DNA from: the human T2T-CHM13v2.0 reference genome, Homo sapiens
Strand: one strand, 5' to 3'
Assembly (NCBI RefSeq): GCF_009914755.1
Contig: NC_060933.1
DNA: 64,000 nt
Position numbers and translations under genes: made by a program. Below are positions 1 through 13,075 of the stretch, in pieces. Position 1 is the stretch's first letter, and each line of letters starts with the position of its first letter. The notes under the pieces are model-generated. The model searched no databases. It was not told the DNA's origin and saw only the letters and a list, made by a program, of their open reading frames with translations.

Positions 1-284
1 GAATGGAATCATCCGTAATGGAATGGAAAGGCATGGAATGGAATGGAATGGAATGGAATGGAATGGCATGGAATCAACTCGATTGCAATCGAATGGAATG
101 GAATGGAATTAACCCGAATAGAATGGAATGGAATGGAATGGAACAGAACGGAACGGAATGGAATGGAATGGAATGGAATGGAACGGAAAGGAATTGAATG
201 GAATGGAATGGAATGGAATGGAATGGAATGGAATGGAATCAACGTGAGTGCAGGGGAATGGAATGGAATGGAATGCAATGGAAT

Positions 285-299
285 GGAATCTTCCGGAAT
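285..299. promoter_or_regulatory. Perfect 3-unit heat-shock element (nGAAnnTTCnnGAAn); representative of roughly 30 copies
   Basis: GGAAT-CTTCC-GGAAT at 285-299, also at 4553, 30715, 44441, 63749 and many other positions. The motif match is direct. HSF binding at these sites is not shown. Confidence 0.55.
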
Positions 300-2094
300 G
301 GAATGGAATGGAATGGAATTGAATGGAATCAACCTGAGTGCAATGGAATGGAGTGGAATGGAATGGAATGGAATGGAACAACCCGAATGGAATCGAATGT
401 AATGGAGAGTAAGGGAGTTGAATAGAATCAATCCGAATGTAATGGAATGGAATGGAACGGAATGGAATTGAATGGTATGGAATGGAATGCAATGGAATAG
501 AATCAACGTGAGTGCAATGGAATGGAGAGGAATGGAATGGAATGGAATGGAAACTACCCGAAAGGAATGGAATGTAATGGAGTGTAAGGGAATTGAATAG
601 AATCAATCCGAATATAATGGAATGGAATGGAACGGAATGGAATGGAATGGAATGGAATGGAATGGAATGGAATGGAATGGAATGGAATGCAATGGAATGG
701 AATCAACCCGAGTGCAATCGAATGGAATCGAATGGAATAGAATGCAATGGAATGGATTCAACTTGAATGGAATGGAAACAATGGAATCAATACGAGTGGA
801 ATGGCATGGATTGGAATGGAATGGAATGGAATCAACCCGAGTACAGGGGAATGGAATGGAATGGAATGCAATGGAATGGAATCATCCGTAATGTAATGGA
901 AAGGAATGGAATGGAATGGAATGGAATGGAATGGAATGGAATGGAATGGAATCAACTCGATTGCAATCAAATGGAATGGAATGGAGTTAACCCAAATAGA
1001 ATGGAATGGAATGGAATGGAACGGAACGGAATGGAATGGAATGGAATGGAATGGAATGGAATCAACGCGAGTGCAGGGGAATGTAATGGAACGGAATGCA
1101 GTGGAATGGAATCATCCGGAATGGAATGGAATGGAATGGAATGGAATGGAATCAACCCGAGTGCAATGGAATGGAGTGGAATGGAATGGAATGGAATGGA
1201 ACAACCCGAATGGAATGGAATGTAATGGAGAGTAAGGGAGTTGAATAGAATCAATCCGAATGTAATGGAATGGAATGCAATGGATTGGAATGGAATGGAA
1301 TGGAATGGAATGCAATGGAATGGAATCAACCCGAGTACAATGGAATGGAATGGAATGGAATGGAATGGAATGGAAAGCCTTCAAACCGAATGGAATGGAA
1401 AGGAATGGAATCAACACGAGTGGAATGGAATGGAATGGAATGGAATGGAATGGAATGGAATGATACGGAATAGAATGGAATGGAACGAAATGGAATGGAA
1501 TGGAATGGAATGGAATGGAATGGAATAGTTCCGAGTGGAATAGGAGGGAATGTATTCGAGTGGAATGGAAAGGAATGGAATCAACCAGAGTGGAATGGAA
1601 GGGAATGGAATGGAATGGAAACGAATAGAATGGAATCAACCCGAGTGGAATGCAATGGAAAGGACTGGAATGGAATGGAATGGAATGGAATGGAATGGAA
1701 TGGAATCAACTCGATTGTAATGGAATGGAATGGAATGGAATGGAATGGAATGGAATGGAATGGAATTAACCCGAATACAATGGAATGGAATGGAATGCAA
1801 AGGAATGGAGTGGAATGGAATGGAATCAACCCGAGTGCAGGGGAATGCAATGGAATGGAATGCAATGGAATGGAGTCATCCGGAATGGAATGGAATGGAA
1901 TGGAATGCAAAACAATGGAATCAACACGATTGCAATGGAATGGAATGGAATGGAAAGGAATACATTGGAATCAACCCGAGTGGAATGGAATGGAAAGGAA
2001 TGGAATGGAATGGAATGGAATGGAATGGAATGGAATGGAATGGAATCAACTCGATTGGAATGGAATGGAAAGGAATGGAATGGAATGGAATGGA

Positions 2095-2880
2095 ATTAAC
2101 CCGAATAGAATGGAATGGAATGGAATGGAACGGAACGGAACGGAACGGAATGGAATGGAATGGAATGGAATGGAATGGAATGGAATGGAATCAACCCGAC
2201 TGCAGGGGAATGGAATGGAATGGAATGCAATGGAATCAACCCGAGTACAGGGGAATGGAATGGAATGGAATGCAATGGAATAGAATCATCCGTAATGGAA
2301 TGGAATGGAATGGAATGGAATGGAATGGAATGGAATGGAATGGAATGGAATGGAATCAACTAGATTGCAATCGAATGGAATGGAATGGAATTAACGCGAA
2401 TAGAATGGAATGGAATGAAATGGAACGGAACGGAATGGAATGGAATGGAATGGAATGGAACGGAAAGGAATGGAATGGAATGGAATGGAATGGAATTAAC
2501 CCGAATAGAATGGAATGGAATGGAATGGAACGGAACGGAACGGAACGGAATGGAATGGAATGGAATGGAATGGAATGGAATGGAATCAACCCAACTGCAG
2601 GGGAATGGAATGGAATGGAATGCAATGGAATCAACCCGAGTACAGGGGAATGGAATGGAATGGAATGCAATGGAATAGAATCATCCGTAATGGAATGGAA
2701 AGGAATGGAATGGAATGGAATGGAATGGAATGGAATGGAATGGAATGGAATCAACTCGATTGCAATCGAATGGAATGGAATGGAATTAACGCGAATAGAA
2801 TGGAATGGAATGGAATGGAACGGAACGGAATGGAATGGAATGGAATGGAATGGAACGGAAAGGAATGGAATGGAATGGAA
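2095..2880 (+). repeat. Tandem duplication of a ~395-400 bp unit
   Basis: ttaacccg at 2096/2496, tagaatcatccgtaa at 2281/2676 and ttaacgcgaatag at 2391/2786. Confidence 0.85.
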
Positions 2881-3611
2881 TGGAATGGAATGGAATGGAA
2901 TCAACGCGAGTGCAGGGGAATGGAATGGAATCGAATGTAATGGAATGGAATGGAATGGAATAAACCCGAGTGCAGGGGAATGTAATGGAAAGGAATGCAA
3001 CGGAATGGAATCATCCAGAATGGAATGGAATGGAATGGAATGCAAAGCAATGGAATCAACTCGATTGCAATGGAATGGAATGGAATGGAAAGGAATAGAA
3101 TGGAATCACCCGAGTGTAATGGAATGGAAAGGACTGGAATGGAGTGGAATGGAATGGAATGGAATGGAATGGAATGGAATGGAATTCACCCGAATAGAAT
3201 GGAATGGAATGGAATGGAACGAAATGGAATGGAATGGAATTGAATGGAATGGAATGGAATGGAATCAACCCGACTGCAGGGGAATGGAATGGAATGGAAT
3301 GGAATGGAATGGAATGGAATCATCCGGAACGGGATGGAATGGAATGGAATGGAAACAACTCGAATGCAATGGAATGGAAGGGAATGGAATGGAATCGAAT
3401 GTAATGGAATGGAATTAACCAGAATAGAATGGAATGGAATGGAATGGAACGGAATGGAATGGAATGGAATGGAATGGAATGGAATCAACCCGAGTGCAGG
3501 GGAATGGAATGGAATGGAATGCAATGGAATGGAATCATCCGGAATGGAATGGAATGGAATGGAATGCCATCAACCTGATGCAATGGAATGGAGTGGAATG
3601 GAATGGAATGG

Positions 3612-6600
3612 AATGGAAGGGAATGGAATCAACGCGAGTGCAGGGGAATGGAATGGAATGGAATGCAATGGAATGGAATCTTCTGGAACGGAATGGAATG
3701 GAATGGAATGGAATTTAATGGAATAGAATGGAATCAACCCGAGTGCAATGGAATGGAGTGGAATGGAATGGAATGGAATGGAACAACCCGAATGGAATGG
3801 AATGTAATGGAGAGTAAGGGAGTTGAATAGAATCAATCCGAATGTAATGGAATGGAATGGAACGGAATGGAATGGAATGGAATGGAATGGAATGCAATGG
3901 AATGGAATCAACCCGAGTGCAATGGAATGGAGAGGAATGGAATGGAATGGAATGGAAACTACCCGAATGGAATGGAATGTAATGGAGTGTAAGGGAATTG
4001 AATAGAATCAATCCGAATGTAATGGAATGGAATGGAATGGAATGGAATGGAATGGAATGGAATGGAATGGAATGGAATGCAATAGAATGGAATGGAATGC
4101 AATGGAATGGAATCAACCCGAGTGCAATCGAATGGAATCGAATGGAATGGAATGCAATGGAATGGATTCAACTTGAATGGAATGGAAAGAATGGAATCAA
4201 CACAAGTGGAATGGCATGGATTGGAATGAAATGGAATGGAATCAACCCGAGTACAGGGGAATGGAATGGAATGGAATGCAATGGAATGGCATCATCCGTA
4301 ATGGAATGGAAAGGAATAGAATGGAATGGAATGGAATGGAATGGAATGGAATGGAATCAACTCGATTGCAATCGAATGGAATGGAATGGAATTAACCCGA
4401 ATAGAATGGAATGGAATGGAATGGAACGGAACGTAATGGAATGGAATGGAATGGAATGGAATGGAACGGAACGGAATGGAATGGAATGGAATGGAATGGA
4501 ATGGAATCAACGCGAGTGCAGGGGAATGGAATGGAATGGAATGCAATGGAATGGAATCTTCCGGAATGGAATGGAATGGAATGGAATGGAATGGAATGGA
4601 ATCAACCCGAGTGCAATGGAATGGAGTGGAATGGAATGGAATGGAATGGAACAACCCGAATGGAATGGAATATAATGGAGAGTAAGGGAGTTGAATAGAA
4701 TCAATCCGAATGTAATGGAATGGAATGGAACGGAATGGAATTGAATGGAATGGAATGGAATGCAATGGAATGGAATCAACCCGAGTGCAATGGAATGGAG
4801 AGGAATGGAATGGAATGGAATGGAATGGAATGGAATGGAATGGAATGGAATGGAATCACCTCGAGTGCAGGGGAATGGAATGGAATGGAATGCAATGGAA
4901 TGGAATCTTCCGGAATGGAATGGAATGGAATGGAATGGAATGGAATGGAATGGAATGGAATGAAATGCAATGGATTCAACTCGATTGCAATGGAAAGGAA
5001 TAGAATGGAATGGAATGGAATGGAATGGAATTAATCCGAATAGAATGGAATGGAATGGAATGGAATGGAATGGAATGGAATGGAATGGAATGGTATGGAA
5101 TGGAATGGAATGGTACGGAATAGAATGTAATGGAACGGAATGCAATGGAATGGAATCATCCGGAATGGAATGGAATGGAATGGAATCAACCCGCGTGCAA
5201 TGGAATGGAGTGGAATGGAATGGAATGCAATGGAACAACCCGAATGGAATGTAATGTAATGGAGAGTAAGGGAGTTTAATAGAATCAATCCGAATGTAAT
5301 GGAATGGAATGCAACGGAATGGAGTGGAATGGAATGGAATGGAATGCAATGGAATTGAATCAACCGGAGTACAATGGAATGGAATGGAATGGAATGGAAT
5401 GGAATGGAATGGAATGGAATGATACGGAATGGAATGGAATGGAACGAAATGGCATGGAATGGAATGGAATGGAATGGAATGGAATGGAATCGTTCCGAGG
5501 GGAATAGGAGGGAATGTATTCGAGTGGAATGGAAAGGAATGGAATCAACCAGAGTGGAATGGAAGGGAATGGAATGGAATGGAAACTAATAGAATGGAAT
5601 CAACCCGAGTGGAATGGAATGGAAAGGACTGGAATGGAATGGAATGGAATGGAATCAACTCGATTGTAATGGAATGGAATGGAATGGAATGGAATGGAAT
5701 TAACCCGAATACAATGGAATGGAATGGAATGGAACGGAATGAAGTGGAATGGAATGGAATCAACCCGAGTGCAGGGGAATGGAATGGAATGGAATGCAAT
5801 GGAATGGAATCATCCGGAATGGAATGGAATGGAATGCAAAGCAATGGAATCAACTCGATTGCAATGGAATGGAATGGAATGGAAAGGAATACATTGGAAT
5901 CAACCCGACTGGAATGGAATGGAAAGGACTGGAATGGAGTGGAATGGAATGGAATGGAATGGAATGGAATCAACTCGATTAGAATGGAATGGAATGGAAT
6001 GGAATGGAATGGAATGGAATGGAATGGAATTAACCCGAATAGAATGGAATGGAATGGAATGGAACGGAACGGAATGGAATGGAATGGAATGGAATGGAAT
6101 GGAATGGAATGGAAACAACCCGACTGCAGGGGAATGCAATGGAATGGAATGCAATGGAATGGATTCAACTTGAATGGAATGGAAAGAATGGAATCAACAC
6201 GAGTGGAATGGCATGGATTGGAATGGAATGGAATGGAATCAACCCGAGTACAGGGGAATGGAATGGAATGGAATGCAATGGAAAGGAATCTTCCGTAATG
6301 GAATGGAAAGGAATGGAATGGAATGGAATGGAATGGAATGGAATCAACTCGATTGCAATTGAACGGAATGGAATGGAATTAACCCGAATAGAATGGAATG
6401 GAATGGAATGGAACGGAACGGAAAGGAATGGAATGGAATGGAATGGAATGGAATGGAATGGAATGGAATCAACGCAAGTGCAGGGGAATGGAATGGAATG
6501 GAATGCAATGGAATGGAATCTTCCGGAATGGAATGGAATGGAATGGAAAGGAATGGAGTGGAATAAAACCGAGTGCAATGGAATGGAGTGGAATGGAATG

Positions 6601-9600
6601 GAATGGAATGGAACAACCCGAATGGAATGGAATGTAATGGAGAGTAAGGGAGTTGAATAGAATCAATCCGAATGTAATGGAATGGAATGGAACGGAATGG
6701 AATTGAATGGAATGGAATGGAATGCAATGGAATGGAATGAACCCGAGTTCCTTGGAATGGAGGGGAATGGAATGGAATGGAATGGAAACTACCCGAATGG
6801 AATGGAATGTAATGGAGTGTAACGGAATTGAATAGAATCAATCCGAATGTAATGGAATGGAATGGAATGGAATGGAATGGAATTGAATGGAATGGAATGG
6901 AATGCAATGGAATGGAATCAACCCGAGTGCAATCGAATGGAATCGAATGAAATGGAATGCAATGGAATGGATTCAACTTGAATGGAATGGAAAGAATTGA
7001 ATCAACACGAGTGGAAAGTCATGGATTGGAATGGAATGGAATGGAATCAACCCGAGTACAGGGGAATGGAATGGAATGGAATGCAATGGAATGGAATCAT
7101 CCGTAATGGAATGGAAAGGAATGGAATGGAATGGAATGGAATGGAATCAACTCGATTGCAATCGAATGGAATGGAATGGAATTAACCCGAATAGAATGGA
7201 ATGGAATGGAATGGAACGGAACGGAATGGAATGGAATGGAATGGAATGGAATGGAAAGGAACGGAAAGGAAGGGAATGGAATGGAATAGAATGGAATGGA
7301 ACGGAATAAACGCGAGTGCAGGGGAATGGAATGCAATGGAATGCAATGGAATGGAATCTTCCGGAATGGAATGGAATGGAATGGAATGGAATGTAGTGGA
7401 ATGGAATGGAATCAACCCGAGTCCAATGGAATGGAGTGGAATGGAATGGAATGGAATGGAACAACCCGAATGGAATGGAATGGAATGGAGAGTAAGGGAG
7501 TTGAATAGAATCAATCCGAATGTAATGGAATGGAATGGAACGGAATGGAATTGAATGGAAAGGAATGCAATGCAATGGAATGGAATCAACCCGAGTGCAA
7601 TAGAATGGAGAGGAATGGAATGGAATGGAATGCAAACTACCCGAATGGAATGGAATGTAATGGAATCTAAGGGAAGTGAATAGAATCAATCCGAATGTAA
7701 TGGAATGGAATGGAACGGAATGGAATGGAATGGAATGGAATGGAATGGAATGCAGTGGAATGGAATCAACCCGACTGCAATCGAATGGAATCGAATGGAA
7801 TGGAATGCAATGGAATGGATTCAACTTGAATGGAATGGAAGAATGGAATCAACACGAGTGGAATGGCATGGATTGGAATGGAATGGAATGGAATCAACCC
7901 GAGTACAGGGGAATGGAATGGAATGGAATGCAATGGAATGGAATCATCCGTAATGGAATGGAAAGGAATGGAATGGAATGGAATGGAATGGAATGGAATC
8001 AACTCGATTGCAATCGAATGGAATGGAATGGAATTAACCCGAATAGAATGGAATGGAATGGAATGGAACGGAACGGACTGGAATGGAATGGAATGGAATG
8101 GAATGGAATGGAACGGAAAGGAAGGGAATGGAATGGAATAGAATGGAATGGAATGGAATCAACGCGAGTGCAGGGGAATGGAATGGAATGGAATGCAATG
8201 GAATGGAATCTTCCGGAATGGAATGGAAAGGAATGGAATGGAATGGAATGGAATCAACCCGAGTGCAATGGAATGGAGTGGAATGGAATGGAATGGAATG
8301 GAACAACCCGAATGGAATGGAATGTAATGGAGAGTAAGGGAGTTGAATAGAATCAATCCGAATGTAATGGAATGGAATGGAACGGAATGGAATTGAATGG
8401 AATGGAATGGAATGCAATGGAATGGAATCAACCCGAGTGCAATGGAATGGAGAGGAATGGATTGGAATGCAATGGAAACTACCCGAATCGAATGTAATGG
8501 AGTGTAAGGGAATTGAATAGAATCAATCCGAATGTAATGGAATGGAATGGAACGGAATGGAATGGAATGGAATGGAATGGAATGGAATGCAATGGAATGG
8601 AATCAACCCGAGTGCAATCAAATGGAATCGAATGGAATGGAATGCAATGGAATGGATTCAACTTGAATGGAATGGAAAGAATGGAATCAACACGAGTGGA
8701 ATGTCATGGATTGGAATGGAATGGAATGGAATCAACCCGAGTTCAGGGGAATGGAATGGAATGGAATGCAATGGAATGGAATCAACCGTAATGGAATGGA
8801 AAGGAATGGAATGGAATGGAATGGAATGGAATGGAATGGAATGGAATGGAATCAACTCGATTGCCATCGAATGGAATGGAATGGAATTAACCCGAATAGA
8901 ATGGAATGGAATGGAATGGAACGGAACGGAATGGAATGGAATGGAATGGAATGGAATGGAATGGAACGGAATGGAATGGAATGGAATGGAATGGAATGGA
9001 ATCAACGCGAGTGCAGGGGAATGGAATGGAATGGAATGCAATGGAATGGAATCTTCCGGAATGGAATGGAATGGAATGGAATGGAATGAAATGCAATGGA
9101 TTCAACTCGATTGCAATGGAATGGAATAGAATGGAATGGAATGGAATGGAATTAATCCGAATAGAATGGAATGGAATGCAATGGAACGGAATGGAACGGA
9201 ATGGAATGGAATGGAATGGAATGGAATTGTATGGAACGGAATGGAATGGTACGGAATAGAATGGAATGGAACGAATTGTAATGGAATGGAATTGAATGGA
9301 ATGGAATGGAATGGAATGGAATCAACGCGAGTGCAGGGGAATGTAATGGAAAGGAATGCAATGGAATGCAATCATCCGGAATGGAATGGAATGGAATGGA
9401 ATGGAATGGAATGGAATCAACCCGAGTGCAATGGAGTGGAGTGGAATGGAATGGAATGGAATGGAACAACCCGAATGGAATGGAATGTAATGGAGAGTAA
9501 GGGAGTTGAATAGAATCAATCCGAATGTAATGGAATGGAATGCAACGGAATGGAATGGAATGGAATGGAATGGAATGGAATGGAATGGAATGATACGGAA

Positions 9601-12600
9601 TAGAATGGAATGGAACGAACTGGAATGGAATGGAATGGAATGGAATGGAATGGAATGGAATGGAATCGTTCCGAGTGGAATAGGAGGGAATGTATTCGAG
9701 TGGAATGGAAAGGAATGGTATCAACCAGAGTGGAATGGAAGGGAATGGAATGGAATGGAAACTAATAGAATGGAATCAACCCGAGTGGAATGGAAAGGAA
9801 AGGACTGGAATGGAATGGAATGGAATGGAATCAACTCGATTGGAATGGAATGGAATGGAATGGAATGGAATGGAATGGAATGGAATTAACCCGAATAAAA
9901 TGGAATGGAATGGAATGGAACGGAATGGAGTGGAGTGGAATGGAATCAACCCGAGTGCAGGGGAATGGAATGGAATGGAATGCAATGGAATGGAATCATC
10001 CGGAATGGAATGGAATGGAATGGAATGCAAAGCAATGGAATCAACTCGATTGCAATGGAATGGAATGGAATGGAAAGGAATACATTGGAATCAACCCGAG
10101 TGGAATGGAATGGAAAGGACTGGAATGGAGTGGAATGGAATGGAATGGAATGGAATGGAATGGAATCAACTCGATTGGAATGGAATGGAATAGAATGGAA
10201 TGGAATTAACCCGAATACAATGGAATGGAATGGAATGGAACGGAACGGATTGGAATGGAATGGAATGGAATGGAATGGAACGGAATGGAATCAACCCGAC
10301 TGCAGGGGAATTGAATGGAATGGAAGGCAATGGAATGGATTCAACTTGAATGGAATGGAAAGAATGGAATCAACACGAGTGGAATGGCATGGATTGGAAT
10401 GGAATGGAATGGAATCAACCCGAGTACAGGGGAATGGAATGGAATGCAATGCAATGGAATGGAATCATCCGTAATGGAATGGAAAGGAATGGAATGGAAT
10501 GGAATGGAATGGAATGGAATGGAATGGAATCAACTCGATTGCAATCGAATGGAATGAAATGGAATTAACACGAATACAATGGAACGGAATGGAATGGAAC
10601 GGAACGGAACGGAATGGAACGGAACGGAGTGGAATGGAATGGAATGGAATTGTATGGAATGGTATGGCATGGTACGGAATAGAATGGAATGGAAAGAATT
10701 GGAATGGAATGGAATAGAATGGAATGGAATGGAATGGAATGGAATCAACCAGAGTGCAGGGGAATGTAATGGAAAGGAATGCAATGGAATGGAATCATCC
10801 GGAATGGAATGGAAAGGAATGGAATGGAATGGAATGGAATGGAATGGAATGGAATGGAATCAACCCGAGTGCAATGGAATGGAGTGGAATGGAATGGAAT
10901 GGAATGGAACAACCCGAATGGAATGGAATGTAATGGAGAGTAAGGGAGTTGAATAGAATCAATCCGAATGTAATGGAATGGAACGGAATGGAATGGAATG
11001 GAATGGAATGGAATGGAATGGAATGCAATCGAATGGAATCAACCCGAGTACAATGGAACGGAATGGAATGGAATGGAATGGAATGGAATGGAATGGAATG
11101 GAATGGAATGGTATGGAATCAACCCGAGTGCAATGGAATGGAGAGGAATGGAATGGAATGGAATGGAAACTACCCGAATGGAATGGAATGTAATGGAGCG
11201 TAAGGGAATTGAATAGAATCAATCCGAATGGAATGGAATGGAACGGAATGTAATGGAATGGAATGAAATGGAATCAACCCGAGTGCAGGCGAATGGAATG
11301 GAATGGAATGCAATGGAATGGAATCATCCGGAATGGAATGGAATGGAATGCAATGGAATGGAATGGAATGGAATCAACCCGAGTGCAATGGAATGGAGTG
11401 AAATGGAATGGAATGGAATGGAAACAACCAGAATGGATTGGAATATATTGGAGTGTAAGGGAATTGAATAGAATCAATCTGAATGTAATGAAATGGAATG
11501 GAACGGAATGGAATGGAATGGAATGGAATGCAATGGAATGGTATCAACCCGAGTGCAATCGAATGGAATCGAATGGAATGGAATGCAATGGAATGGATTC
11601 AACTTGAATGGAAAGGAAAGAATGGAATCAACACGAGTGGAATGGCATGGATTGGAATGGAATGGAATGGAATCAACCCGAGTACAGGGGAATGGAATGG
11701 AATGGAATGCAATAGAATGGAATCATCAGTAATGGAATGGAAAGGAATGGAAAGGACTGGAATGGAATGGAATGTAATGGAATGGAATGGAATCAACTCG
11801 ATTGCATTCGAATGGTATGGAATGGAATGGAATCAACTCGATTGCAATCGAATGGAATGGAATGGAATTAACCCGAATAGAATGGAATGGAATGGTATGG
11901 AACGGAACGGAATGGAATGGAATGGAATGGAATGGAAGGGAAAGGAATGGAATGGAAAGGAATGGAATGGAATGGAATGGAATGGAATGGAATGGAATCA
12001 ACGCGCGTGCAGGGGAATGGAATGGAATCGAATGGAATGGAAAGGAATGGAATGGAATCAACCCGAGTGCAGGGGAATGTAATGGAACGGAATGCAATGG
12101 CATGGAATCATCCGGAATGGAATGGAATGGAATCAACCCGAGTGCAATGGAATGGAGTGGAATGGAATGGAATGGAATGGAACAACCCGAATGGAATGGA
12201 ATGTAATGGAGAGTAAGGGAGTTGAAAAGAATCAATCCGAATGTAATGGAATGGAATGGAACGGAATGGAATGGAATGGAATGGAATGCAATGGAATGGA
12301 ATCAACCCGAGTACAATGGAATGGAATGGAATGGAATGGAATGGAATGGAATGGAATGGAATGGAATGCAATGGAATGCAATCTTCCGGAATGGAATGGA
12401 ATGGAATGGAATGGAATGCAATGGATTCAACTCGATTGCAATGGAATGGAATAGAATGGAATGGAATGGAATGGAATGGAATGGAATTAAACCGAATAGA
12501 ATGGAATGGAATGGAATGGAAGGGAACAGAACGGAAAGGAACGGAACGGAGTGGAATGGAATGGAATGGAATTGTATGGAATGGAATGGAATGGTACGGA

Positions 12601-13075
12601 ATAGAATGGAATGGAAAGAATTGGAATGGAATGGAATCGAATGGAATGGAATGGAATGGAATGGAATCAACCCGAGTGCAAGGGAGTGTAATGGAACGGA
12701 ATGCAATGGAATGGAATCATCCGGAATGGAATGGAATGGAATGGAATGGAATGGAATGGAATGGAATGGAATCAACCCGAGCGCAATGGAATGGAGTGGA
12801 ATGGAATGGAATGGAATGGAACAACCCGAATGGAATGGAATGTAATGGAGAGTAAGGGAGTTGAATAGAATCAATCCGAATGTAATGGAATGGAACGGAA
12901 TGGAATAGAATGGAATGGAATGGAATGGAATGGAATGGAATGGAATGGAATGGAATGCAATGGAATGGAATCAACCCGAGTACAAAGGAACGGAATGGAA
13001 TGTAATGTAATGGAATGGAATGGAATGGAATGGAATGGAATGGAATCAACCCAAGTGCAATGGAATGGAGAGGAA
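3612..13075 (+). repeat. Copy 1 of a ~9.5 kb near-identical intra-array duplication
   Basis: Private variants are shared with 25.3-34.75 kb: cacctcgag 4857/26519, gaacccgagttccttgg 6739/28411, ttgccatcga ~8861/~30528, aacgcgcgtgc ~12000/~33677. ORF-track peptides are identical (6344..6976 vs 28016..28648; 12092..12454 vs 33769..34131). Confidence 0.92.
6470..9002 (+). repeat. Three tandem copies of a ~0.84 kb higher-order unit
   Basis: The marker (c/a)aacgc(g/a)agtgcagggg occurs at 6470, 7308, 8160 and 9003 (spacings 838, 852, 843), with the same ordered variant words between markers. The same unit spans 240-1063 (823) and 3630-4508 (878). Confidence 0.85.

Noticed and set aside
250-260. G-quadruplex potential at cagggg and ggaggg words
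   Set aside because: G3+ tracts are isolated and never four in close proximity. The known fold-back structures of (GGAAT)n are generic to the satellite and not specific to this window.
405-435. Telomere-like TAAGGG, and a possible DUX4-like site in ttgaatagaatca
   Set aside because: TAAGGG occurs singly and is not tandem TTAGGG. The match to the DUX4 consensus (TAAYYYAATCA) is only partial.
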